NCBI RefSeq assembly: GCF_000022265.1
Contig: NC_011979.1
Location: 2,280,001-2,312,000, forward strand
Source of the DNA: Geotalea daltonii FRC-32
GTDB taxonomy: Bacteria > Desulfobacterota > Desulfuromonadia > Geobacterales > Geobacteraceae
DNA: 32,000 bases
Direction: 5' to 3'
Made by a program: the position numbers and the translations under genes. The notes beneath the pieces were generated by a model. That model was not told where the DNA came from. It saw only the letters and a program-made list of their open reading frames with translations, and ran no database searches. Shown one piece after another: positions 7,540-15,307 of the stretch (positions are counted from its first letter, which is position 1; each line of letters begins with the position of its first letter).

Positions 7540-8457
7540 ATGCTTTTTAAATGTCGTTTTGCCGTTCTGTTTCTCTTGGGGGCGTTTTTTGCGCCCGGGA
7601 CAGTCCATGGGGCCGATGGGCCCAGTGATGTAGCGGCCCGGGATATGGAACTGCGCCTTGCCGTCACGCCCGCGGTCATGGATTATGCCGTAAATACGAT
7701 AAAGCCGGTCCTTGACGCCAGTCCGGACAAAGACCGGCTGTCGCAACTTTTGAAAGTGGTAGATGTGCTCAAGGACCCGAAGACAGGCGTGGACGCCAAC
7801 CGGATAGCACCCGATGCCTACTTCATCTACAACCTTCTCGATAAGGTCAAGCTGGGATTTCTCTACACCTGGAAGTTTTCTCCGGAGCAAAAAGAGATGC
7901 TGCAGCGCTGGCATTCCAAATACATGAACGACCATCCTGCCGACGTCTTTTTTGCCCCCACGGCCGATGAAATTATCAAAACCAGGGCCGGTTTCGGCTG
8001 CACCCACTATGCCCGGGCATTCATCGTGGTCGTCAAGGCCCTGGGGCTGGTGGAAAAGCCTGAAGACCTGCGCTATGTGGTGTCCAGCAAAGCCGATGAC
8101 TACAATCGGGCCCTGGAAAAACAGGACCTGAAGATGACCATAAACGGTCATCAGTTCGTGCTGGTGAAGATCGACTCAAGATGGATCGCCATCAATACGT
8201 CGCAAAGGGAAGCGGTCCAAATGCCCGAGGGATTCAGACCGGAATCCTGCAGCCCGCCCAGCAATATTTCCGTCAGGTTCGAATCTTATCCGCCGGGGAT
8301 AGTTTTCCTGCTCAGAAAAATCGGCAAGGACTTCAATGATGATTGCGGCGATAACTCCCTTTCTCGTCTGATGAACATTTCCCGCTCGGGCGATCCTCAA
8401 GATGCGGCTTTTAAATGGGAAGGATATGTATCTGCAGACAGCAATGGAAAGTTATGA
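7540..8457 (+). CDS. Secreted transglutaminase-like (papain-fold) protein
   Basis: From ORF 7471..8457. I moved the start to Met 7540 (RBS gggag), giving signal peptide MLFKCRFAVLFLLGAFFAPGTVHG/AD. GFGCTHYARAFIVVVKALG is a TGase-core Cys motif and GHQFVLVKIDSRWIAIN a His motif. The usual Asp position appears to be Asn. Confidence 0.6.
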   Translation: MLFKCRFAVLFLLGAFFAPGTVHGADGPSDVAARDMELRLAVTPAVMDYAVNTIKPVLDASPDKDRLSQLLKVVDVLKDPKTGVDANRIAPDAYFIYNLLDKVKLGFLYTWKFSPEQKEMLQRWHSKYMNDHPADVFFAPTADEIIKTRAGFGCTHYARAFIVVVKALGLVEKPEDLRYVVSSKADDYNRALEKQDLKMTINGHQFVLVKIDSRWIAINTSQREAVQMPEGFRPESCSPPSNISVRFESYPPGIVFLLRKIGKDFNDDCGDNSLSRLMNISRSGDPQDAAFKWEGYVSADSNGKL

Positions 8458-8578
8458 TCGAATGTTTCACCGCAGTTTGCTTTTGCTCGGCAGCGTTGGC
8501 TCGGCATATATCCTTATCAAATCTGTCATGTGGGCAAGAAAAGGGTGTAAAGGAGCGATTGTATTGGGGGCGCTTCTT
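8381..8578 (+). repeat. Copy 2 of the ~195-bp paralogous module (partner 1022-1216)
   Basis: See 1022-1216. The order is the same: upstream-gene tail AAFKWEGYVSA, then the small hydrophobic ORF with ARKGCKGAIVLGALL. Confidence 0.8.
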
Positions 8579-8639
8579 TGCGCGGATGGGCATAGGGCAG
8601 GTCTTGGTTATAAACGCGCGGGAAGAAACGGAGGCTTGA
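8444..8639 (+). pseudogene. Frameshifted paralogue of the small membrane protein at 1075-1323
   Basis: Frame 8402 encodes (MESYDR)MFHRSLLLLGSVGSAYILIKSVMWARKGCKGAIVLGALL. After a 7-8 nt deletion relative to copy 1 near 8578, the homologous tail continues in frame 8415 (ARMGIGQVLVINAREETEA*). That frame stops at 8639, immediately before ATG 8640. The unshifted frame runs 131 nt into the next gene. Confidence 0.45.
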
Positions 8640-10451
8640 ATGAAGATTTGTCATATACGGATGATCGGAAAGTTTTTGTTGTCCACTGTTGCCGCATTGG
8701 GCTTGGCCGGCTGTGCCGGCGCGCCGCCGAAGCCTGTAGAGATGCCGCGCAGCGATTATTCCTACGTTAAGGAGTACATTTCCTGGCTTGCCCGCAAGGA
8801 GATGAAAAAAAATAACGTCACAGGTCTCAGTATCGCCCTGGTTGACGATCAAAAGGTGGTATGGGCGGAAGGATTCGGTTATGCGGATAAGGCAAACGAG
8901 ATCCCGGCCACACCGTCCACCGTCTACCGGGCCGGTTCGATCTCAAAGCTCTTTACTGCTACCGCGGCCATGCAGTTGGTGGAACAGGGAAAGCTGAACA
9001 TAGACAAGCCGCTTTCCACTTATCTGCCCGAATTTTCCATTAACAGCCGGTTTCCCGATGCAAGTCCCATTACCCCTCGTACCATCATGACCCATCATTC
9101 CGGTCTTCCCTCCGACCTGGCAAAGGGAATGTGGACCAAAAACCCGGAACCTTTCGAGAACAACCTGGATCGGCTCAAATATGAATATGCTGCTTATCCC
9201 CCCGATTTCGTTTTTTCTTATTCAAATGTGGGGGTAACCGTTCTGGGGCACGCGTTGGAAAATGTTGCCGGCCGGGACTTTGCCGCCCATATGGATGCTT
9301 CCATACTGAAGCCGTTGGGCATGTCCCACTCGGGTTTTTCCCTGGGGCCTGACCGCACAGTAAACGGAGCCAAGGCATACCGGAAAGGTAGAGAGGCGGA
9401 AGAACTTCCCCTGAGGGATGTTCCTGCGGGGGGATTGAACACGACGGTCTTGGATCTCTCCCGGTTCATGGAGATGATCTTTGCCGGGGGGCGGATCGGG
9501 GAGCTGCAGATTGTCAAACCGGAAACCCTGGCTGAAATGCTGCGCCCACAGAATGCCCATGTGCCGCTGGATCTGAATTTCAGGGTCGGGCTCGGCTGGA
9601 TGCTGAGCGGCCTCGGTGACATAGACATAAGGAATGCCGGGCCGGTTGCCCATCACGGCGGGGCTACCCTCTATCACCGCAGCCAGCTTGTCCTCCTGCC
9701 GGAGCAAAAACTTGGTGTGGTGGTTATGGCCAACTCGGCCGACGCCGGCGGGGTGGTCAATATATTGGCTACGGAGGCGCTGAAACTGGCCCTGGAAGCC
9801 AAAACCGGCATTCGTCAGCCGGTACAGGAGAAACCGGCATACGCCGCCGAGTCGCTGCCATTGGAGGCTCTGCAGGCCTATGAGGGACGCTACGCCACCG
9901 TTGCCGGGCTGGTCAACGTGAGCAGAAGATCCGATTATCTGCGCGGCGAGGTCATGGATGCCACTCTGCGCCTGGTACCCCGCGCCGATGGGCTGCTGGG
10001 GGTGCAGTACCGGCTGCTGGGGCTTATTCCCATCAGTCTCGGCGATCTGGACTACATCGGTCTGTCCCGCGCCGTGGTTGCGGGTCGAGATATACTGAAG
10101 GCCCACTTTGGGGCACAGGAGATGCTGGTCGGCGAGCGGGTCCGTCCGGAACCCCTTGGGGAGAAGCTGACCCGGTTCATTGGTGAATACGAAATCGTCA
10201 ACCGTGGTGATGACGCGGTGCTCTTCGAAAAGGTGCGCGTCCGCCAGGAAGGGGACTTCCTTCTCGTCGAATATGGACTGCCTCTCTTCGCCGAAGGGAG
10301 GATGAGCATGGCCATCAAGCCCATATCCGAAACTGAGGCCTTGACCTGCGGATTGGGACGGGGCATGGGCGAAACGATCAGGGCGGTTACGGTGGATGGT
10401 GAAGAACTGCTGCAGTATTCGGGGTATCTGCTCAGGAAGAAGCCGGATTGA
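8640..10451 (+). CDS. Serine hydrolase lipoprotein, class-C beta-lactamase / low-MW PBP-like, with a C-terminal extension
   Basis: Lipobox ALGLAGC. Motifs present: S-x-x-K (GSISKLF), Y-x-N (YSNVG) and H-x-G (HHGGA). A ~230-aa C-terminal domain of unknown function follows. RBS ggagg lies 8 nt upstream. Confidence 0.85.
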   Translation: MKICHIRMIGKFLLSTVAALGLAGCAGAPPKPVEMPRSDYSYVKEYISWLARKEMKKNNVTGLSIALVDDQKVVWAEGFGYADKANEIPATPSTVYRAGSISKLFTATAAMQLVEQGKLNIDKPLSTYLPEFSINSRFPDASPITPRTIMTHHSGLPSDLAKGMWTKNPEPFENNLDRLKYEYAAYPPDFVFSYSNVGVTVLGHALENVAGRDFAAHMDASILKPLGMSHSGFSLGPDRTVNGAKAYRKGREAEELPLRDVPAGGLNTTVLDLSRFMEMIFAGGRIGELQIVKPETLAEMLRPQNAHVPLDLNFRVGLGWMLSGLGDIDIRNAGPVAHHGGATLYHRSQLVLLPEQKLGVVVMANSADAGGVVNILATEALKLALEAKTGIRQPVQEKPAYAAESLPLEALQAYEGRYATVAGLVNVSRRSDYLRGEVMDATLRLVPRADGLLGVQYRLLGLIPISLGDLDYIGLSRAVVAGRDILKAHFGAQEMLVGERVRPEPLGEKLTRFIGEYEIVNRGDDAVLFEKVRVRQEGDFLLVEYGLPLFAEGRMSMAIKPISETEALTCGLGRGMGETIRAVTVDGEELLQYSGYLLRKKPD

Positions 10452-10460
10452 TTCAATTTA

Positions 10461-10566
10461 AGGGGACTACATGGCAAGAAACTTCGAAATAAAAGCTTAC
10501 ATTGAGAGCTTAGATGCCCTGGTACCTAAAGCCGCGGCCATTGCCGACCAGGGGCCTTTAGATATA
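10461..10566 (+). repeat. Right copy of the 106-bp direct repeat
   Basis: 101/106 identical to 4676-4781. Similarity ends abruptly after gatata. Confidence 0.9.
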
Positions 10567-10569
10567 TAG
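10471..10569 (+). pseudogene. 5' fragment (32 codons) of a CYTH/CyaB-like gene
   Basis: It encodes MARNFEIKAYIESLDALVPKAAAIADQGPLDI*, against MARNIEIKAYIESVDALVPKAAAIADQGPIDI... in the intact gene at 4686. Confidence 0.85.
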
Positions 10570-10640
10570 GGCATTAGCCTCTCTTTCACGGACGATGGCT
10601 GCCCAGGGTGGAAGGGGGGAGCTTTGCTGCACTTTTCATC

Positions 10641-10671
10641 TTGACCCGTCTACCGGTTCACACTGTAGCGT
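10641..10671 (+). promoter_or_regulatory. Candidate promoter with a 19-nt spacer (MerR-type geometry) for the small-protein/MerR-methyltransferase operon
   Basis: TTGACC (10641-10646), 19 nt, then TAGCGT (10666-10671, fits TAnnnT), ~50 nt upstream of ATG 10723. Only weak dyad symmetry lies between the elements. Confidence 0.3.
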
Positions 10672-10722
10672 TGTCTTTGTCACGGCCATGACAAATCCAA
10701 AATGCAAAAAAGGAGAAAGGCT

Positions 10723-10908
10723 ATGAAAGGGACAGTGACGGTAGATGAGTGGGTTGCCCGTTTCCGGGCCGTCGGACTTGATGACGGGGCAATGAACAAG
10801 TGGCACAGCCTCTTTGAGCGGGAGAATCCGTCAGGGCATCAGAGCTTTCTGGAGTGGCTCGGGCTTTCCCAGGAGAAGATCGCGGAAATCCGTTCCAAGT
10901 CGGCATGA
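10723..10908 (+). CDS. 61-aa protein, stand-alone paralogue of the central domain of the downstream MerR-methyltransferase fusion
   Basis: From ORF 10702..10908. I prefer ATG 10723 because of RBS aaggagaaagg. Residues 15-61 match residues 126-172 of the 10959 protein at 22/47 positions without gaps (RA.G.DD.AM...H..FER..P..H..FL..LG.S......IR..SA). Confidence 0.65.
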   Translation: MKGTVTVDEWVARFRAVGLDDGAMNKWHSLFERENPSGHQSFLEWLGLSQEKIAEIRSKSA

Positions 10909-10915
10909 TTCGCCT

Positions 10916-10937
10916 GCCCCCGGTAAGTGCCGGGGGC
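10916..10937 (+). promoter_or_regulatory. GC-rich intercistronic hairpin (possible attenuator)
   Basis: GCCCCCGG-taagtg-CCGGGGGC forms an 8-bp perfect stem, 8 nt after the stop of the 61-aa gene and 21 nt before ATG 10959. There is no proper U-tract. Confidence 0.35.
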
Positions 10938-10958
10938 ACTCCCTTTCCAGGAGGATGA

Positions 10959-12233
10959 ATGTACAAAATTTCCCAGCTGGCACGCCAGTTCGGGCTCTCC
11001 CGCAGCACGCTTCTCTATTATGACCGCATCGGGCTCCTCAATCCTTCGGCGCGCACCGAGGCGAGCTATCGCCTCTACTCCCCCTCCGACCGGGACAGGC
11101 TCTCCGCCATCTGCACCTTCCGGGAGGCAGGTCTGGGGATCGACGACATCAGGTCGATTCTCGCCTCGGAGACCGATGATGCTGCGATGGTTCTCCGGCG
11201 CCGCCTGTACGGGGTGGGCGAGGAAATACGGGCCTTGCAGACCAAGCAGCGGCTTTTGGCCGGGATGCTGAAGCTGAAGACTGAGGGTGGACCGGCATCG
11301 ACGGTGGACAAGGTGATGTTCGTGGAGCTGCTTCGCGCCGCGGGGATGGACGATAACGCGATGAAGCAGTTGCACGCCGAGTTCGAGCGACGCGCCCCGG
11401 AGGCCCACCACCAGTTCCTGCTCTCCCTGGGGATATCGGAGAAAGAGGCGTTGCTGATCCGCAAGTGGTCGGCTGACCATGAGAAGGAACTGTTGACGGA
11501 TTATTTCTTTGAACTGTACGAAACCATGCCACGCCAGGGCCCGGGGTGCCTGGCGGCGACAAAAAAGGCGCTGTCGATGCTTCCGCCACTGCCGGAAAAG
11601 CCCGACGTGCTCGACCTGGGCTGCGGCAGCGGGGCTCAGACGTTGGTGCTGGCATGGGAGATAGACGGCCATGTGACGGCGGTGGACAATCACCGTCCGT
11701 TCCTGGACCTGTTGGAGAAATCCGCATTAAAAGCGGGATTGACGGATAGAATTCGTACGGAACAGGCATCCATGCTCGATCTTCGATTCGAGGCTGAAAA
11801 GTTCGACATGATCTGGTCCGAGGGGGCACTCTATATCCTGGGCATCGAGCAGGCGCTCCATGCTTTGCGGCCACTGCTCAAGTCCGGCGGCTGCCTTGCC
11901 TTCACCGAGCTTACCTGGCTCTCCGACGATCTTCCCGCCGAGGTTCTCGATTTCTGGGGGGAGGGGTATCCGGCGATGCGGGATGTCTCCGGAAACCTGG
12001 AGCTTGCGGCGCGTTGCGGGTATCGGATCATAGGCCATTTTTCGCTTCCACGGGAAGCGTGGGAGGAGCACTATTACCAGCCGCTGGAAAAGCGCCTGGC
12101 CTCTTTTCTCGCAGCGCACAAGGATGATGCTGCGGCCGCGGAAGTAGCGAACCAGTTCAACACGGAGATCTCCCTTTACCGGCAGTATCCGGACAGCTAT
12201 GGCTATGTCTTCTACCTCCTGGGCAAGCCCTGA
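10959..12233 (+). CDS. MerR-family HTH regulator fused to a class I SAM-dependent methyltransferase
   Basis: The N-terminus MYKISQLARQFGLSRSTLLYYDRIGLL..SYRLYS is a MerR HTH followed by a coiled coil. The C-terminal half carries motif I VLDLGCGSGAQTLVLA. A ~60-aa helical domain (residues ~115-172) lies between them. Confidence 0.85.
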   Translation: MYKISQLARQFGLSRSTLLYYDRIGLLNPSARTEASYRLYSPSDRDRLSAICTFREAGLGIDDIRSILASETDDAAMVLRRRLYGVGEEIRALQTKQRLLAGMLKLKTEGGPASTVDKVMFVELLRAAGMDDNAMKQLHAEFERRAPEAHHQFLLSLGISEKEALLIRKWSADHEKELLTDYFFELYETMPRQGPGCLAATKKALSMLPPLPEKPDVLDLGCGSGAQTLVLAWEIDGHVTAVDNHRPFLDLLEKSALKAGLTDRIRTEQASMLDLRFEAEKFDMIWSEGALYILGIEQALHALRPLLKSGGCLAFTELTWLSDDLPAEVLDFWGEGYPAMRDVSGNLELAARCGYRIIGHFSLPREAWEEHYYQPLEKRLASFLAAHKDDAAAAEVANQFNTEISLYRQYPDSYGYVFYLLGKP

Positions 12234-12248
12234 CAATACTGGGGACAG

Positions 12249-12596
12249 ATGAGCACCATTAATTACGACAACCGATATTTCAAATCCATCTCGAATTCGA
12301 CCAACGGCGATGCGGGTGACGAGACGGTTTTTCACTACCGGCAGGAGGGCGACTTGGTCTGGGCTACCTACCGCGGCGGACAGGTTCGGTTCGGGACTCT
12401 TGTTGCAAAAATCGGTTGCGACGGAGCTCTCGACATGCGGTATCAGCACCTCAACGACCACGGCCAGCTCATGACCGGTGTCTGCCGTTCTGTGCCCGAG
12501 CTGTTGCCCGACGGCCACCTCCGCCTGCATGAGAAGTGGCGATGGACGTGCAGGGACGGCTCTGAGGGTGAATCTGTCATTGAGGAGTTGAAATAG
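12249..12596 (+). CDS. Conserved small protein (lipocalin-like family often mis-annotated as N-acetylglutamate synthase)
   Basis: 115 aa. The pattern NGDAGDETVFHYRQEGDLVWATYRGGQVRFGTL...MRYQHLN..G.LMTG.C.S.PE.LPDG.LRLHE.W.W is one I recognise from that widespread family. Confidence 0.6.
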   Translation: MSTINYDNRYFKSISNSTNGDAGDETVFHYRQEGDLVWATYRGGQVRFGTLVAKIGCDGALDMRYQHLNDHGQLMTGVCRSVPELLPDGHLRLHEKWRWTCRDGSEGESVIEELK

Positions 12597-12813
12597 TGGC
12601 AGTACAAGGCAGGTACTCGATCCTATGTCAGAGCGGCCCTTTACCGGCCTATGTGACGCTTCTATCCATATTCTTCGGAGCGCCGGTAGTCCTGCACGGA
12701 TGCGCGGCCGAAACGCTCGGGGCAACGTGGAAGGCCCAGCTCGCGTTCATATGGCGCTCCATTAGCGCAAGGCAGGCTGAGGGAGAGAATGCCACGCGGA
12801 AGGGGAAAAGATA

Positions 12814-14373
12814 ATGCCGCACAATGCCCGTATCCACAGGGAGACCTCCAGTCCCCCCGCCGATAAGCTGCCGACGTGGCTCTGGCTGTTGCTCGGCATC
12901 GCCACCGTTGCCCTTGCCGCCAACAGATGGGGGGTGGCGCTCCTCGGATGGATCGCGCCCGTGCCGTTTCTCGTAGTGGCACGCAGGATGGCGGGCTGGC
13001 GCCGCTGGCTCGTATTTTTCGGCGTGACATGCACCGCGGGCCTCCTTGCGACGGCCAAGATCATCACCGACCCGGTACACCCCGCCCTGTCGCTCCTCTT
13101 CGGCATTCCCGCCGGGATTTCGATCTGGCTCATGATCTATGCCACTGAAAAGATCCGCCGTGCAAAAGGCGAATTGACCGCCGTCTATGCATTCGCGGCT
13201 ATCGTCACCGTAGTCGACTGGTTCGGGTACTCAGTGGCAAGGCAGGGGATATGGGGGACGATGCCGGCCTCCCAGCTGGACAACCTGCCCCTTCTCCAGC
13301 TCGTGTCGCTCGGCGGTCTCGGCCTCGTCAGCTTCATCATGGCCTGGTTTGCCGCGACCGTCGCGGTACTGATCGGCTCGGACCAGCGAAGGCGCATCCA
13401 TCCCCATCTGTACGCGGCAGCGGCAATGATTACCGCTGCCCATGCCTGGGGGGCGTGGCGGCTCGACAGGCTCCCCCCGATGAAAACCGTCACCGTAGGG
13501 GGGGTCGTCACCGATCTCGGCCTGAGAGACGGCTTCCCGTCGCGTGAGGCATTGGCGCGAAACGTAGACGAGCTCTTCGCCCGTTCCGCAGTGGCTGCGT
13601 CACGGGGTGCCGCCCTCGTCGCCTGGAATGAAGTGGCGACCCTTCTGATGGAAAAGGGAGAGGAAGCTTCCCTGAAGGAGAGAGCCGCACGTTTCGCCCG
13701 GGAACACGGGGTCGATTTTGTCATGGCATACGGGGTCGTTCTTTCGCGTGCGCCACTCTCCTTCGACAACAAGTACGTCTGGTACGGCCCCGATGGCCGT
13801 GAGATCGAGACCTATCGCAAGCATCACCCCGTACCGGGTGAGCCTTCGCTGCGGGGGACCGATCCGATAAGGGTCAACGCGAGACCGTGGGGGCGCGCTG
13901 CCGGTGCTATCTGCTACGATTACGACAACCCCGGCATCGTCCGCGAACACTCCAGGGGCGGCGCAGATCTTGTGGTGCTGCCGTCGTCTGACTGGCGCGG
14001 GATCGACCCCCTTCATACGCTCATGACCCGCGTCAGCGCGATACAGGGCGGATTCTCTGTCGTCCGCCCCGTCCGCTGGGCAACATCCATGGCTTTCGAT
14101 CAATACGGGAGAGTTCGGGCCAGCATGTCGGCGTGGGAGGATAACGACAGGATCATTATGGCCACGGTCCCCGTCGGGCAGGTTCCGACCCTCTACCGCC
14201 TGCTCGGGGAGTGGCCGCCGCTTCTGTGCGGCCTGTTCCTGCTATTGCTGTCGGCAGGGGCGGTGAGGTCGTTCGTGAGAGCCAAACAGGCAGGCAAGAA
14301 GACACGCCACGACAGAGTAAAGCAGCACTTCGACATTAAGAACAAGGGGGTCGAGATACTCTATTACAGATGA
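12814..14373 (+). CDS. Membrane-bound carbon-nitrogen hydrolase, apolipoprotein N-acyltransferase (Lnt)-like
   Basis: About 200 aa of multi-TM N-terminus, then a CN-hydrolase domain with Glu (VAWNEVA), Lys (YRKHHPVPGE) and Cys (AICYDYDNP), and a C-terminal TM helix. RBS ggaagggga is present. Confidence 0.75.
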   Translation: MPHNARIHRETSSPPADKLPTWLWLLLGIATVALAANRWGVALLGWIAPVPFLVVARRMAGWRRWLVFFGVTCTAGLLATAKIITDPVHPALSLLFGIPAGISIWLMIYATEKIRRAKGELTAVYAFAAIVTVVDWFGYSVARQGIWGTMPASQLDNLPLLQLVSLGGLGLVSFIMAWFAATVAVLIGSDQRRRIHPHLYAAAAMITAAHAWGAWRLDRLPPMKTVTVGGVVTDLGLRDGFPSREALARNVDELFARSAVAASRGAALVAWNEVATLLMEKGEEASLKERAARFAREHGVDFVMAYGVVLSRAPLSFDNKYVWYGPDGREIETYRKHHPVPGEPSLRGTDPIRVNARPWGRAAGAICYDYDNPGIVREHSRGGADLVVLPSSDWRGIDPLHTLMTRVSAIQGGFSVVRPVRWATSMAFDQYGRVRASMSAWEDNDRIIMATVPVGQVPTLYRLLGEWPPLLCGLFLLLLSAGAVRSFVRAKQAGKKTRHDRVKQHFDIKNKGVEILYYR

Positions 14374-14389
14374 AAATGGAGGGGGAACG

Positions 14390-15217
14390 ATGAGCGGAGA
14401 TGTAATGCAGGAAGAGCGCAAGGCGGCGGTAAAAGAGACTTTCGACACGGTTGCTTCGGGGTACGACAACCGGTCGCTCCGGTTTTTTCAGGAGAGTGCG
14501 GTTGCCATGGCCGAATGTTTCAACGCGGAGGAGGCCATCCATATCCTCGATGTCGCCACGGGAACGGGGAACATGGCCCTGACCCTTGCCCGCCGCATGC
14601 CCCGCGCCCGGATTACGGGCGTAGATTTCTCTGCCGCTATGCTGGCCCAGGCCCGGGAGAAAGCGCAGACCTTGCAGAGCAACCGAGTGGAATTTCTGGA
14701 AATGGACATGCAGTCGCTGCAGGTTCCGGACAATAGCTTCGATGCTGCCGTCTGCGCTTTCGGAATCTTTTTCGTGGAAGATATGGAGCGGCAGTTGAGA
14801 CATATTGCCGACAAGGTCAAGCCCGGCGGCAGGACGATCATTTCCTGTTTTTACGAGGGGACTTTTTCACCCTGTGTCGATCTCTTTCTGGACCGGATCG
14901 AACTGTTCGGCATCGAACGGCCTCCCTTGAGATGGAAGAGCATCGCCCGGGAAGAGGCTTGCGAAGCCCTGTTCCGGGCTGCCGGTTTCACCCATGTGAG
15001 GGTGGAGAGGAAGGACCTGGGCTACTACCTTGAGGATGCGAACGCATGGTGGGAGGTGATCCGAAACGGCGGATTCCGCGGCTTGATCGACCAGTTGCCC
15101 CAAGGGGAACTGGAACGGTTCAGGAGAGAGCACCTGGAGGAGATCGACCGGCTGCGAAGCGATTCAGGAATCCGGCTGAACGTGGAAGTCCTCTACACCA
15201 TCGGTATCAAACCATGA
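14390..15217 (+). CDS. Class I SAM-dependent methyltransferase (UbiE/COQ5-like)
   Basis: N-terminal region VKETFDTVASGYDN, motif I ILDVATGTGNMALTLA, and RBS ggaggggga. Confidence 0.85.
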   Translation: MSGDVMQEERKAAVKETFDTVASGYDNRSLRFFQESAVAMAECFNAEEAIHILDVATGTGNMALTLARRMPRARITGVDFSAAMLAQAREKAQTLQSNRVEFLEMDMQSLQVPDNSFDAAVCAFGIFFVEDMERQLRHIADKVKPGGRTIISCFYEGTFSPCVDLFLDRIELFGIERPPLRWKSIAREEACEALFRAAGFTHVRVERKDLGYYLEDANAWWEVIRNGGFRGLIDQLPQGELERFRREHLEEIDRLRSDSGIRLNVEVLYTIGIKP

Positions 15218-15307
15218 AACTGTAGCTCCAAGGGACAGTACAACAACCGGGAGGAGAAGAAACCATATGCGAATCCTACTCAAATATGTGAAAAGGAGCC
15301 GCCGCAG

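Noticed and set aside
8276-8285. GGTTCGAATC, a tRNA T-loop-like motif
   Set aside because: It lies inside the well-supported TGase-like CDS, with no acceptor or anticodon stems around it.
8402-8770. The full 122-codon ORF 8402..8770 as a real gene
   Set aside because: Its last ~45 codons overlap the beta-lactamase-like gene out of frame and look non-coding. Comparison with copy 1 indicates a frameshift and an ancestral stop at 8639.
10801-10817. TGGCAC...TTTG, and TGGCAC at ~10979, as possible sigma-54 -24/-12 elements
   Set aside because: The spacing to the TTGC-like element is off by 1-2 nt, and both sites are inside coding sequence.
9222-12725. Long - strand ORFs (for example 9222..10106, 10839..11693, 11727..12725, and similarly 25677..26459 and 21163..21900)
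   Set aside because: Each is antisense to a + strand gene with clear family motifs and an RBS. Their translations are Arg/Pro/Gly-rich and low in complexity, as expected for shadow ORFs in high-GC DNA.
12596-12814. The 72-codon + ORF, and a possible AraC-like C-terminal remnant on the - strand (…PERFGRASVQDYRRS, ~12662-12760), in the 217-bp gap
   Set aside because: The + ORF has no RBS and an implausible composition. The - strand resemblance spans only ~15 aa. This is insufficient for either call, though the gap may hold regulatory DNA for the Lnt-like gene.
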